Shown piece after piece: positions 1-13,700 of a DNA stretch of 64,000 bases. Source of the stretch: Felis catus (lineage: Eukaryota). The position numbers and the translations under genes were made by a program. Position 1 is the stretch's first letter, and every line of letters starts with the position of its first letter. The notes beneath the pieces are model-generated. The model saw only the letters and a list, made by a program, of their open reading frames with translations. It made no database searches and was not told where the DNA came from. The DNA is taken from NCBI RefSeq assembly GCF_018350175.1, contig NC_058369.1, positions 17,672,001-17,736,000 on the forward strand, written 5' to 3'.

Positions 1-353
1 ATAGGGCTGGCCTTTGTAACCAATTGGATATTGTGGGAATGGTGTGTGACTTCTGAAGCTACGTCACAAAAGACACTTCCTCTCTGAGTCATTGGTTCTT
101 AGAAAACCAGCCAATAATGTTATGAGAACCCTTAAGAAGTCCTCCAGAGAGGTCTGTGTGGTGAAGTACTGAGGACCACCAGTAGCCAGCACCAACTTGC
201 CAGCCATATGAGTGAACCATCTTGAGTTTCGTCCTTATGCAGCCAGCTTCAACCTCCTAAGAGACCCTGAGTCAGAACTACCTAGCCAAGCTGCACCTGA
301 ATTTCTAACAGCAACTGAGACAACAAAAACTTCTGTTTTAATCCACCCAATTT
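1..353 (+). mobile_element. MaLR LTR (MLT1-like), 5' part; 3' end resumes at 1827-1880
   Basis: Recognisable MLT1 motifs gccagcaccaacttgccagccatatgagtgaaccatctt and gagaccctgagtcagaactacctagccaagctg; the terminal gcaatagataac...aca lies near 1861-1880. Confidence 0.7.
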
Positions 354-390
354 TTTTGGAGAGGGCTTATTTTTAAAAAGACTTATTTCT

Positions 391-856
391 TTAAAATTTT
401 TTAATGTTTATTTATTTTTGAGACAGAAAGAGACAGATCATGAACGGGGAAGGGGCAGAGAGAGAGGGAGACACAGAATCTGAAGCAGGCTCCAGGCTCC
501 AAGCTGTCAGCACAGAGCCCGACGCGGGGCTCAAACTCATGGACCGTGAGATCATGACCTGAGCCCAAGTCGGAAGCTCAACCGACTGAGCCACCCAGGT
601 GCCCCTGGAGAGGGTTTATTTTTTACTTATTTTGCTTATTTTTTTAAAAAAATTTTTTAACGTTTATTTATTTTTGAGACAGAGAGAGAGCATGAACGGG
701 GGAGGGGCAGAGAGAGAGGGAGACACAGAATCTGAAACAGGCTCCAGGCTCTGAGCTGTCAGCACAGAGCCCAACGCGGGGCTCGAACTCACAGACTGAG
801 AGATCATGACCTGAGCCAAAGTCGGACGCTTAACTGACTGAGCTACCAGGCGCCCC
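391..856 (-). mobile_element. Two adjacent CanSINEs (about 391-605 and 642-856)
   Basis: tRNA-derived head (...gagccacccaggtgcccc), (GA)n tract and T-rich tail; TSD-like ggagaggg(c/t)ttatttt and tttacttattttgcttattt. Confidence 0.9.
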
Positions 857-899
857 TTTACTTATTTTGCTTATTTAAAAAAAAAAAAAACAAAAAACA

Positions 900-1826
900 A
901 ACAAACTTCCAGTGTAGTTAACATGCAGCATTATATTAGTTTCAGGTATACAATACAGTGATTGAACAATTCTATACATTACTCAGTGCTCATTGTGGCA
1001 AGTGTACTTTTTTTTGGTCAATGTTTGTTTATTTTGAGAGAGCAGGGGTGGAGGTGGGGGACAGAGAGTGAATCCCAAACAAGCTCCTCACTGTCATCAC
1101 AGAGCCCAACATGGGTCTCAAACCCACAAACCATGAGATCATGACCTGAGCCCAAACCAAGAGTCAGATGCTTAACTGAGCCACCCAGGTGCCCTTATAA
1201 GTGTACTCTTTAATCCCTATCATCTATTTCACCCATTCCCCCAGCCACCTCCCTTCTGGTAACTGTTTCTTCTCTGTACTTAAGAGTCTGTTTCTTGGTT
1301 TGTCTCTTTTTTCTCTTGTGTTTCTTAAAGTAAACTATGAGTAAAATCATATGGTATTTGTCTTTCTCTGAATTATTTCACTAGCACTGTACTCTCTAGA
1401 TCTATCGATGGTGGTGCAAATGGCAAGGTTTCATTATTTTTTATGGCCAAGTAATATTCCATTGTCTAAATATACCACATACTCTTTATCCATTCATCTA
1501 CCAATGGACACTTGAGCTGCTTCTATATCTTGGCTATTGTAAATAATGCTGCAAAAAACCTAGGAGTGATACATGTTTTTGAATTAGTGTTTTTGTTTTA
1601 TTTATGTAAATACCCAGTAGGAGAATTACTAGATCATATGATAGTTCTTTTTTCAATTTTCTGAGTAGCCGCCATACTGTTTTCCACAGTGGCTGCACCA
1701 GTTTGCATTCCGACCAGCAGTGCACGAGCGTTTCTTTTTCTCTGCATCCACGCTGAAACTTGTTTCTTATATTTTTTATTTTAGCCATTCTGACAGGTAT
1801 GAGGTGATATCTCATCCTAGTTTTGA
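900..1826 (-). mobile_element. 5'-truncated L1 (ORF2 C-terminus plus 3'UTR), interrupted by a SINE at about 1009-1195
   Basis: ORF 1534-1920 contains L1 ORF2p C-terminal motifs MRYHLIPVRMAKIK and [15 protein letters not shown]...LLGIY. Confidence 0.9.
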
Positions 1827-2251
1827 TTTTAAGCCACCCAATTTGGGGATGATTTACAAAGCAATAGATAACACTACACAGGAAGCCTCTTAGTGTTAAG
1901 AGTACAAATGGTGGTGACATTTGGAAAGGGTAGAGAGGTTAGTAAATAGAACAAGTACAGGTAGAAATAGTTATATGGGGCGCCTGCGTGGCTTAGTTGT
2001 TTGGGCGTCTGACTTCGGCTCAGGTCATGATCTCGCAGTTTGTGAGTTCAAGCCCCACGTCGGCCTCTGTGCTGGGAGCCTGGAGCCTGCTTCAGATTCT
2101 GTGTCTCCCTCTCTCTCTGCCCCTCCCCTACTCGTACACTCTCTTTCAAAAATAAACAAATGTTTAAAAAAAAAAGTAGTTATATGAACACTTTGTAACA
2201 ATTTTTACGTTTATTTTTGTATTTTTATCTCTTTGATATACTTCACGATTT

Positions 2252-2481
2252 AAAAAAATTTTTTTCAACTTTTTTTTTTTTTTTTTTTTTTTTTTTGGGA
2301 CAGAGAGAGACAGAGCATGAATGGGGGAGGGCCAGAGAGAGAGGGAGACACAGAATCGGAAACAGGCTCCAGGCTCCGAGCCATCAGCCCAGAGCCTGAC
2401 GCGGGGCTCGAACTCACGGACCGCGAGATCGTGACCTGGCTGAAGTCAGACGCTTAACCGACTGCGCCACCCAGGCGCCCC
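2252..2481 (-). mobile_element. Young felid SINE (SINEC_Fc-like)
   Basis: CpG-intact consensus-like body; perfect TSD acttcacgattt at 2240-2251 and 2482-2493. Confidence 0.93.
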
Positions 2482-3206
2482 ACTTCACGATTTTTAAACT
2501 AAAGAAAATCTAGAAAGGAAACCGTTCTTATTTGCAACATACACGATTGATGATGGATAACAATTATGAGAGTTGATATTCTTTGGATCCTACTGTGAAC
2601 TGGATATTCTTTGGATTCCTACTAAGTATGTTTCGTGTGCTATGAAATGGAAACAACTGTGTAAGAAGCCACAATGATAAGTAACTTGCCAAATGTCACA
2701 CCATTAGAAAGGCAGAACTGGGGTACCTGGGGGGCTCAGTAGGTTGGGCACCTGACTCTTGATTTCAGCTCCGGTCATGATCTCTCGGTTTGTGAATTCT
2801 AGCCCCGCACCGGGCTCTGTGCTGATGGTGCAGAGCCTGCTTAGAATCTTTCCCTCTCTCTGTTCCTCCCCTACGTGCATGCACACACACTCTCTCTCTC
2901 TCTCTGTGTCTCTCAAAAATAAAAAAAAAATTTTTTTTATTAATAAAAGAGGCAGAACTGATTTGGGCCCAGAAGTCAGATCGTTCTTTATGCCTATCAT
3001 GTAGTGAGCTCTTCTGTTGTTTGAATATATTGTATTGTTCCTTTTCTGTGTTCACTACCCTCTCAAGGGGGTATTTTCTTGTTTGTTTTTCCCCAGAAGC
3101 AAGAAACGGCTCTAATTTGGAGGAGACTTCCAAATAAACGCTGGCAGAATGAAAGCACCGTGGGTGTGAGGAGTTCCTGGCACATACAATGTTCCTTTCC
3201 CTCTAG

Positions 3207-5898
3207 GGCACTATGATCTGGTCAAGCCCCGTCCAGCAGTCTAGTATCACGCATCTGGCGACCCTCCCTCAGATGCATCTCGCATTCACTGTGGATTTGG
3301 AGGGAACCGTCAAAGTGTGGAATTGTCAGGATCAGGATGCCCTGGCCACTTTCCCCGTGTCTCAGGCCTGCTTTTCCTTGGAAGTCTGTCTCACAAAGGA
3401 TGGCCCATTCCTGATGGTAAGTGAGCCCTGCATCTGGAGGGCACCCACAAAACAAAATGCCTGCTGCCTTGGCCGCTGTTGTGGCCCCATTACTGTCACA
3501 TCACAGTCTATCTTCTTGGAGTCATTCCTACCATGTACCCTGAGGGTCAAAACATACTAGCGAATGCTGGTCACACAAACCTTGCTACCATCTTGGCCCT
3601 TGATCTCCCACAAGTACATTTCCCTAGTCATTCTTCCAAAAAAAGGAAAAAAAAATCCTGAATTACTTTATATCCATGTCTCTTCTTTCAAGTGTCGATT
3701 GTACAGTACATGACCTTGAACAGGGACTATGGAGGGAGAGCTGTGGGTTTGGGGAGATATTGAGAAAAAAGAATAATGTTGATGTACCAATGAATAATTA
3801 TCCTCGAGAAGAATGCTTTGGGGCTTAGAAAGTTTTATTCCTTGGGATCATTCTCACAACATCAAGAGGTTTTAATTTCCATTATATGATTAAAGAAACA
3901 GTAATATATATTTTTAAAAATTTTTTAAAGTTTATTTTGAAAGAGACATAGTATGAATGGGAGAGGGGCAGGCAGAGAGGGAGAGAGAGAATCCCAAGCA
4001 GGCTCTGTGCTGTCAGCACAGAGTCCAATGTGGGGTTCGAGCTCATGAAACCGTAAGATCATGACTTGAGCTGAAATCAAGAGTTGGTCACTTAACCAAC
4101 TGAGCCACCCTGGCACCCAAAACAGTAGAATATTTTGCAGCTGACAGTGATGCCTTCTGTGTGCTTTATAATCTCCCATCTCCTTCTGTTGATGTGGTGG
4201 TGGTGCTTTGGTTTCAGGTCGGCAATTCTGAAGGTGACATCTACACACTGACAGTGCCTGAGCTCAGGGGTGTTTCTAAAGTCCACGCGTTTAAATACAC
4301 TGTTGACCTTCTGCACTGCTCTCCTGACAAGAAATGGGTCTTTGCATCTGGGACACATCAGAACATCTTGCCCAGGGTGAGTGTTGCTCTGCGGGTTAAC
4401 CTTGGGAGGACAGGGTCAAGCATTGGGAAGGTGGAGTTTAGGAAGTGTGGGAGAACCTGCAGCGCTCAGCAAGGACCAGACATAGGGCTCCCCCCTCTCA
4501 AAGGCCATATCACATTTAGAATCCATTTCGATAGTCAGGAGGCAGTGTTCTTGGAAGTGATGATGTCTAGGTGCAAAAACAAACGTTTATTCATGAAACT
4601 TGGCATTGAGAAGCCATGAAAATTTGCATCAAGAAGCCTGAATCGGCCAAAGAGCTAGAGGAAAGTGGGGGACAGCTCAAGAGAGGAGGATCTCTGGTAG
4701 CCTTGTTCACTTTAGCTTTCCTTACTCTTATCCACCTTGGCTAGAAAGTACCAAGCAGTCCAGAAGTAAATAAAAATGGATCCACCTCTGAATGGCACTC
4801 TGAGAAAGTCTGTGGCCTTTGAGCCAAGCCATTTTTACCGTGGCACAGGTGGACCGGGCACCAAAGAGCAAGGAGCTGAGAGGAGGCAGCCAAAGCAAAA
4901 CAGCCCTTGACCCCTTCTCCAAGGAGGGGAGATCTGTCGAGCCAGTGGCAACTTGATCTGGACTCCAGTGTGGCCAGACGATTTTGTACCTCTGTGGCAT
5001 GCCTGAAGCGTGGCTGCAGGGGCTTTGCTCTCTGTGACCACGACAGGCAGGATAGGAAGACAGGTTCTTGGATGTCAAGTGACTACTCTGTGCTTCCTAG
5101 GATGCAGATTAAAGTTTGGCCACAAAACGAGGATTTTTTTTTTTTTTAAGTAGGCTCCATGCCCAACGTGGGGCTTGCATGTATGACCCTGAGATCAAGA
5201 GTCCAATGTGCCACCGACTGAGCCAGCCAGGTGTCCCACAAAGTAAGGATTTTTAAGGAGGCTTTTCTGGAGTCCCTCCTGCACTGAGATGCTGCTACTT
5301 CCCCCTTCACCTATTTGTGCAACAATCTCTCCATAGGTCTTTTTCACAGAGTGCTTACTGAAACCATCGGAAGGCAAAAGCCCCCTGTCACTCTCTATCC
5401 CGTTTTCGTCATGCTGCAGAGCCTGCTGGGCCCCAAGGAGGACAAGCAGGATAACATTGATGTATCGAAGAGGCTCTTCCAAAAAGACAGGATTTACCAC
5501 CTTTGACCTAATGACCGAGAGGACTGGGGGCAGAACAGTCATCCAAGGTAGGCGGTGCCACACCGGAAACACGGCTTCTCCTCCCCTTCGCTCATGCATT
5601 CTTTTGAAGCCATAAATGTATGTAAACGGTCTGTGTGAAGCAGGCAGGGGATTTCTTCAGCTGCAGGCTAACCCTTGCAGGTTAGTGTCTCTGATGCCCA
5701 CGCTCTGACCTCTACACTCCACCCTGCTCTTGGGCAGATATGATTTTATTTGTTTGTTTATTTAGAGTGTGTGCATGAGTGGAGAGATTCTTTATATTTT
5801 TTATTTGTCATTAAAAAAATTTTTTTTAATATTTATTTATTTTTGAGAGAGAGACAGAACATGAGCCAGGGAGGGGCAGAGAGAGAGAGAGAGAGAGA

Positions 5899-5943
<45 letters not shown>

Positions 5944-7997
5944 CCTGAAACAGGCTCTAGGCTCTGAGCTATCAGCACAGAGCCCAATATGGGACTCGAA
6001 CTCACAAACAGCAAGATCATGACCTGAGGTGAAGTCAGATGCTTAACCGGCTGAGCCACCCAGGGCCTGAGAGAAAGAGGGAGGGAGGGAGAGAGAAAAT
6101 CTTAAGTAGGCTCCACGTCTGGCCCTGCATGGAGCCTGACCTAGGAGTTGATCTCATAACTGTGAGATCATGACCTGAGCCGAAATCAAGAGTTGATGCT
6201 CAACCGATTGAGCTGCCCAGACACACCCTGGGCAGATGTGGTTAGATTCCCATGCTGTTTTCAGGCCTGGATTCCAACGCCTCCTCAATGCCTGAGCTGT
6301 CACTGTCCACCATGCTCCGTTCCCACGTCCTAGCACCTGTTACCATGGTCAGTGACCTGTATCTGCCACTGGCCTGTCCTTCATTTTCCTCACCAGGCTG
6401 AGGTCCCATGAAAGTAACGAGTATGCTTTTTCATTCCGTGTAAAGATATCATTCTGACTAAATGACTCCAAGTTTGCGTGTGTTTGTTCCACATGAAAAC
6501 AGCCCATCAGGTCGCGACTTTCCTGTTGCCAGTTCATATGGAGAGTCCGATTTGGATGGGAGCCAGTGATGGAAATATGATCGTCTTTGAGAGTGGGCCA
6601 TACTTGTTCCTCTTCACCATCAGTGGGCACCAGCTGCAACGATTTGAGGATCACCAGAGGACCATCGGCAATTTGTGGGCGGTCCGTATGCGCCTTCTCC
6701 CCCCGCCCCGCTCACTGCTCTGCCTGTGACTCTGGGCCACTCATCCCGCGTCTCCTTTGAAGGATTCTCTGCATGTCCTCACCACATCTATGGATGACTC
6801 CCTGCATGTGTACATGTGGGAAGAGGAAGGCCGTTATCCATACCTCAAGAGCTGCTGTCACCTGGAACACATAGGGAGTGACCTGACGCCCAGCTGGTAA
6901 GCCCTGCTTTGTGACTTAAACTTCCCTTCAAGATTTTTAAATTTCTACATAAACTTATGTCCAAAAAGAGAATTGTTAGTTCTTGGAGTATGTTCACAGC
7001 TCTTGGAGGAGATTCCAAAAGGCTTTCCAAAATGGCTCCCATTTATTTGCCCACAGCAGGATATGGAAGATTTATATCTTCAGTGTCCTGTCTTTACTTG
7101 CAAGGTTTATACATTTTTTGAGTTCGTCAGTCATTTGGGTCACTTCCTTAGCAAGCTGATTTAAAAAAATTTTTTTAATGTTTATTCATCTTTGGGAGAG
7201 ACAGAGAGACAGAGTGTGAGTGGGGGTGGGGCAGAGAGAGGGAGACACAGAATCCCAAGCAGGCTCCAGACTCCAAGCTGTCAGCACAGAACCTGATGCG
7301 GGGTTCAAACTCAGGAACCGTGAAATCATGACCTGAATCAAGTCAGACGCTTAACTGACTGAGCCACCTATGTGCCCCTTTAATTTTTTTTTTTAATGTT
7401 TATTTATATTTGAGAGAGTGAGTGAGCAAGCAAGCAAGCATGAACCAGGGGAAGAGCAGAGAGAGAGGGAGACACAGAATCTGAAACAGGCTCCAGGCTC
7501 TGAGCTGTCAGCATAGAGCCCGACGTGGGGCTCAAACCCACGAACTGTGAGCTCATGACCTGAGCCAAAGTCGGACACTTAACCAACTGAGCCACCCAGG
7601 TGCCCCCATTTTAGTTTTCTTTTAAGTTGCTAGCCTTCATCTAAATTATTTTTTTGAGATTTTACGTGCTGTACATAAGGCTCTTGTCTTTTATAAACAT
7701 TGTTGCTTGTCCTTCTAATGTTTATTTTTGGCAATATCTAACAAAATATAATACATATCCTAATAGGATATAGGACCAGGGCCTGTATCCTAGGGCCAGG
7801 GCCACTAATAAGAATTTACTTTGACAGTACACCTCCAATGATTAAAAATACATTGGTTGGGGCATCTGGGTGGCTCAGTCAGCTGAGTGTTCGACTCTTG
7901 CTTTCGGCTCAGGTCACAATCTCGGGGCTTTCTGGGTTCAAGCCCTGAGTCGGACTCTGTGCTGACAGTGCAGAGCCTGCTTGGGATTCTCTCTCAC

Positions 7998-8037
<40 letters not shown>

Positions 8038-10743
8038 CCTTCCCCACTCGTGCTGTTTCTGTCTCTCTCAAAATAAAGCTTTATTTATTTAATAAAAATG
8101 AATGAATAAATACATTGGTTGTTTATTACAATATGAGTTGTGATTGCTTAATGCTGGAAACCATCTAACTGCCTAAACATAAGATGTTGTTTAAATTACT
8201 TTGGCATGTCCACATAATGGAGTATTGTGCAGCTGTAATTTAAATCTCTGTGTTCAGATATTTCCAGTGTTTTTGAGGCACAAAAAAATTTAAGCGTATA
8301 TAATATGTAATTATGCTTAGCAGATTAAAAAAAATTTTTTTAACATTTATTTTTGAGAGCGAGAACAAGCTAGGGAGGGGCAGAGAGAGACAGATTCTGA
8401 AACAGGCTCCAGACTCTGAGCCACCAGCACAGAGCCTGATGTGGGACTCGAACCCATGAACCGTAAGATCATGACCTGAGCCGAAGTCAGATGCTTAAGC
8501 GACTGAGCCACCCAGGCGCCCCTATGCTTAGCATGTTTTATTTTTTGCTCTTTATCATATCTAATAAACCTTAGCCTACTAAGTCATAAATGCTTTTCTC
8601 CTTCCAATAATGTTTTGTGGCTTAGATTTATTTTAATCAATGATTGTCTATATTTTCTATTTTTTTCTCCTTTCAATAATTTTAAATAGATCCCCTTCAT
8701 ATCCGATGATGTCCCATACCGTGCAGCATTATGTCTTTTATCCGTCTGATTTTTTTTTAACAATACAAAGAAATAGAATCCAGTTGTCCAACGTAGTTTT
8801 AGTTTTGACGATAGTCTTTTAATCAGAAGCACAAACCAGAGTATGTCCATCATCCCCAAGGTTTTCCCATGCTCCATTGCAGTGTGTCCCTCCTTCCATC
8901 CCCAGCACCAGGCGGCCACTGATTTGTTTTCTGTCCCTATCAATTACTTTCAATTTTCTAAAATTTTATGTAAATGGGATTATATGGTATATACTCCTTT
9001 GTGTCTAGCTTTTTTTTTTTTTAAAGTTTATTTATTTTGAGAGAGAGAGCTCACATGAATGCGTGAGAGAATGGGGGAGTGTCAGAGAGAGAGGAAGAGA
9101 GAGAACGCCAAGCAGCCTCCTTGCCATAAGCACAGAGCCCGATGCGGGGCTCAGTCTGCTGAATCATGAGATCATGACCTGAGCCAAAATCAAGAGTCAG
9201 ACGTTTAACCAACTGAGCCACCCAGGAGCCCTGTGTCTCACTTCTTTCAGTGAGCATTGTGGTTTTGAGATTCACCCTTGCTGACTGTATCAGTAATTCA
9301 CTCCCCTGTACTGCTGAGTTCCTTTTACTATTGTCCCATTGTGTAGATGGACCACAGTTTATCACCTCACTAGTTGAGGGTCACTGATGTTGTTTCTAGC
9401 TTATATAAATATGAAAACATGTTTATCCGAAGAGTGGAAGTGTCAGGTCATATGGAATGCTTCACTTTATAAGAAATTGCAGGGGCGCCTGGGTGGCGCA
9501 GTCGGTTGAGCATCCGACTTCAGCCAGGTCACGATCTCGCGGTCCGTGAGTTCGAGCCCCGCATTAGGCTCTGGGCTGATGGCTCGGAGCCTGGAGCCTG
9601 TTTCCGATTCTGTGTCTCCCTCTCTCTCTGGCCCTCCCCCGTTCATGCTCTGTCTCTCTCTGTCCCAAAAATAAATAAACGTTGAAAAAAAAAAAAAAAG
9701 AAATTGCAAATGCTTTCCTAGGGGGCTATACATTTTTGCATTCCCACTTGGTATTGTTCCATTTTTGTTTTATTTTTTCTTACATTCTAATGGGCATGTA
9801 GTGATCTTTCATTACAGTTTTGTTGTCTATTTCCCTAATGATGATGAGCAGCTTTTCATTGGCTTATTTGCCATCCAGATAGCTTCTTTGGTGAAGCATT
9901 TGTTCAAACCTTTTGTACATTTTTTAGTTGGGTTGTTTTAGTTGGGTTGTTATTGAGTTTTGATAGTTTATATATTTGTAACGTAAGTTTTTTTTTAATG
10001 TTTATTTTCAATGTTTATTTATTTTTGAGACCCAGAGAGAGAGCATGAGTGGGGGTGGGCAGAGAGAGAGGGAGACACAAAATCTGAAGCAGCCTCCAGG
10101 CTCCAAGCGGTCAGCACAGAGCCCAATGCGGGCTCAAATTCACGAATGGTGAGATCATGACCTGAGCTGAAGTCAGATGCTTAACCAACTGAGCCACCCA
10201 GGTGCCCCTGGAATGTAAGTTTTTTTAAATTTATTTTTATTTTTTTTTTATCAGATAAGGCTTTGCAAATATCTTCTTCCACTTTGTGGTTAGTCTTTCT
10301 ACTCTAACACTGTCTTTCAAAGAGCAAGTATTCTTAGTTTTGATAAAGTCTAATTTTTCTTCTAAAAAGATGAGGTTCAAGATGTTGTATCTAAGAAATC
10401 TTTGCCCAACCCAAGGTCCCAAAGATTTTCCCCTATGTTTTTGTCAAAATTGTATAGTTTTAGGTTTCACGTTTAGATCTGTTACCCATTTTGGGTTTGT
10501 TTTTTTGAGAGAGAGAGCACACAAGCTGGGGAGGGGCAGAGGGAGAGGGGAGAATCTTAAGCAGGCTCCATGCCTAGTGCAGAGCCGATGCAAGGCTTGA
10601 TCTCATGACTGTGAGAGCATGACCTGAGCCGAAATCAAGAGTCAGATGCTTAACTGACTGAGCTACCCCGGTGCCCCAGTCTGTTATATATTTTGAATTA
10701 AATTTTATATAGGGCAAGATATAGATCAAGCTTGCTTGCTTTT

Positions 10744-10795
<52 letters not shown>

Positions 10796-13700
10796 GCTTT
10801 CTTTCTTGCTTTCTTTCTCTTCCTTTCTTTTGCATACAGGTATTTAATTATTCAGCTCCATTTGTGGGTGAAAAAAAACATTCTTCATTCCTTTACATAT
10901 TTGTCAAATTGACTATACGTATATATACACTTACATATATATACACAATATATATAAGCTATATATCTATATATACAGATTTATATATATATAGTTATAG
11001 TTATATATTATATATATATAGATTTCAAGATTCTTTTGTTCCAAGGATCTTTGTGTCTATCCTTTCTCTAATAGCACACTACTTTCAAAGTGTAACTTTA
11101 TAGAAATTTAAAAATCTGATGTGAGTCCTCCAGTTTGTTCTTTTGCAAAATTTCTGTGACTATTCTGGTTCCTTTGCTTTTCACATATATTTTAGAATAA
11201 GTTTGTAAATGTCTATAAAAATTCTGGGGGGGAGCACCCTGCTGGCTCAGTTGGTGGAGCATGTGACTCTCAATATTGGGGTGGTGACTTTGAGTCCCAT
11301 GTGGGTCTTAGAGATTACTTAAGGAAATTAAAAAAAAAAAATTAAGGGCTCCTGGCTAGCTCAGTCAGAAGAGCATGTGACTCTTGATCTCCTGGTTGTG
11401 AGTTCAAGCCCCACAATGGGTGTAGAGATTACATACAAACATACATACATAAACTTTAAAAGAAATAGAACACACACACACACAATTGTGCTGGAATTTA
11501 TACTGGAATTCTATTGGATCTATAGATAAGTTTGGGGACCTTTACAATTGAGTCTTCTAATCCATGAACCTTACGTCTCATTAAGTCTTCCTTATCAGTG
11601 TTTTTGTAGTTTTCAAGATACAGATTTTGCAAATATTTTGTGAGATTCTACCTAAGAATTTAGTGGTTTGGGTGCTACCATAAACAAACAGTAATGTCTT
11701 CAATTTTCTATTTTTTTTTTCAACATTTATTTATTTTTGGGACAGAGAGAGACAGAGCATGAACGGGGGAAGGGCAGAGAGAGAGGGAGACACAGAATCG
11801 GAAACAGGCTCCAGGCTCTGAGCCATCAGCCCAGAGCCTGACGCGGGGCTCGAACTCACAGACCGCGAGATCGTGACCTGGCTGAAGTCGGACGCTTAAC
11901 CGACTGCGCCACCCAGGCGCCCCTTCAATTTTCTATTTTTTATTAATAGGATGTAGAAATATGATTGACTTTTTTTGATGTTTTATTTTTTGAGAGAGAG
12001 CACAAGCAGGGGGAGGGGCGGAGAGGGACAGAGGATCTGAAGTGGGCTTTGTGCTGACAGGCTGACAGCAGCGAGCCTGATGTGGGGCTTGAACTCATGA
12101 ATTGCAAGATCATGGCCTGAGCCAAAGTCAGACACTCAACCAATCAAGCCACCCAGTCGCTCCATGATTGACTTTTGAAATACTAACTTGGTATCCTGCA
12201 ACCTTGCTAAACTGTTACTCAAATAGCTTTTATTAATTTATAGATATTTTGTGATTTTTCTATGTATACAGTCATGTCATCTGTCAACAGCTTCTCCCCC
12301 CGCCCCCCCCCACTTTCCATCTGTACATCTTTTATTCCTTGTTCTTGACTTTTGCATTGGATATAACCTTCAATAACAAGGAGCACCTGACTGCCTCAGT
12401 TGTAGAGCATGCAACTCTTGATCTCAAGGTCATGAGTTCAAGCCCCACATTGGGCGTAGAGCTTAAAAACATAAAAACCTTCAGTAACAACATTGGAGTG
12501 GAGAGCAGGTATCCTTGATTTTATAGAAAGTGTTGAGTCTTTCACCATTATGATATTCATTGTATGTTTTTGTAATTGCCTTTTATTAGGTTCAGGAAGT
12601 TCCCTTCTAGTCCTGATTTGCTGAGGGTTTTTATCAATAGATGTTAAATTTTGCCAAATGCTTTTCTTGTATTAGTTACTATAAGAACATTATTTCTTTT
12701 TATTTTTTTAATGTTTTATTTTAAAAAATTTTTAATGTTTAGAGAGAGAAAGAGCGGGAGCATGAGTGGGGGAAGGGCAGAGAGAGAGGGGGACAGAGGA
12801 TCCAAAGCAAGTCTGTGCTGACAGCAGAGAGCTGGATGTGGGGCTCAAACTCCTGAACCATGAGATCATGACCTGAGTGACGTCAGATGCTTGACTGAGC
12901 CACACAGGTGCCCCAAAATTTTAATCTCCGTGCCCAACGTGAAGCTCAAACTCATGACCCCAAGATCAATAGTAGCATGCTCCACTGACTGAGCCAGCCA
13001 GGTGCCACTGATTTTTCCTTTTTAGGTTGTTAATAAGTCAAATTACATCCATTGACTCTCTGAATATTGAACCAGCCTTGCATTTTTGGAATAAACCCCA
13101 CTTGGTCATATTGTATATATTTTTATATATTGCTAGATTTAATTTATTAATAATTTGTTAATGATTTTTGCTTCTGTATTCACAAGGGATATTGATTGGT
13201 AGTCTTATGTACTGTCTTTGTCTCATTTTGGCGTTAAAATAGTGGTGGTTCCATAAAATTAGTGGCAAGTGTTTCCTGACCTTCTATTTTCTGGAAAAGA
13301 TTTTGTAGAATTGGTGTTATTTCTTCTTTAAAAGTTTAATAGGGGACATTTGGGTGGCTCAGTCAGTTAAGCACCCAACTCTTGATCTCAGGGTTGTGAG
13401 TTCAAGCCCTGCAGTGGGCTCTGGGCATGAAGCGTATTTCAAAAAAATAAAAATAAACAACAAATAAAATTTAATGGTCTCCAGTGGAACCATCTGGGCC
13501 CGGAGATTACTTTTTTGGAAGGTTATAACTATGAATTCTTTAATGGTTATAGCACCATTCAGATTGTCTCTTTTCTGCTGCATGAGCTTTGGTAGTTTGT
13601 AGTTTTCCAGGAATTAGTCATTTCATCTAACTTGTCAAATTTTTGTGCGTGGATTTGTTCCTTTCAGTCTTTTACGTATCTGCAGAATCATGGTGATATC

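Larger units (their letters stand above)
1977..8522. mobile_element. Additional older CanSINE copies in FBXW12 introns (about 1977-2175+, 2720-2950+, 3911-4118-, 5134-5237-, nested 5745-6228-, 7161-7378-, 7381-7606-, 7858-8105+, 8325-8522-)
   Basis: Each has the ggggcrcctgggtggctcag head or its reverse complement; most also have a (CT)n tract and an A/T-rich tail. Confidence 0.85.

Noticed and set aside
2575..2623. 20-bp local duplication gatattctttggat(t)cctact
   Set aside because: Small slippage-type duplication with no further structure.
6682..6762. 81-nt FBXW12 intron (multiple of 3) with weak GCG|gtccgt donor
   Set aside because: Contains an in-frame TGA (6727-6729), so retention would not give an extended protein.
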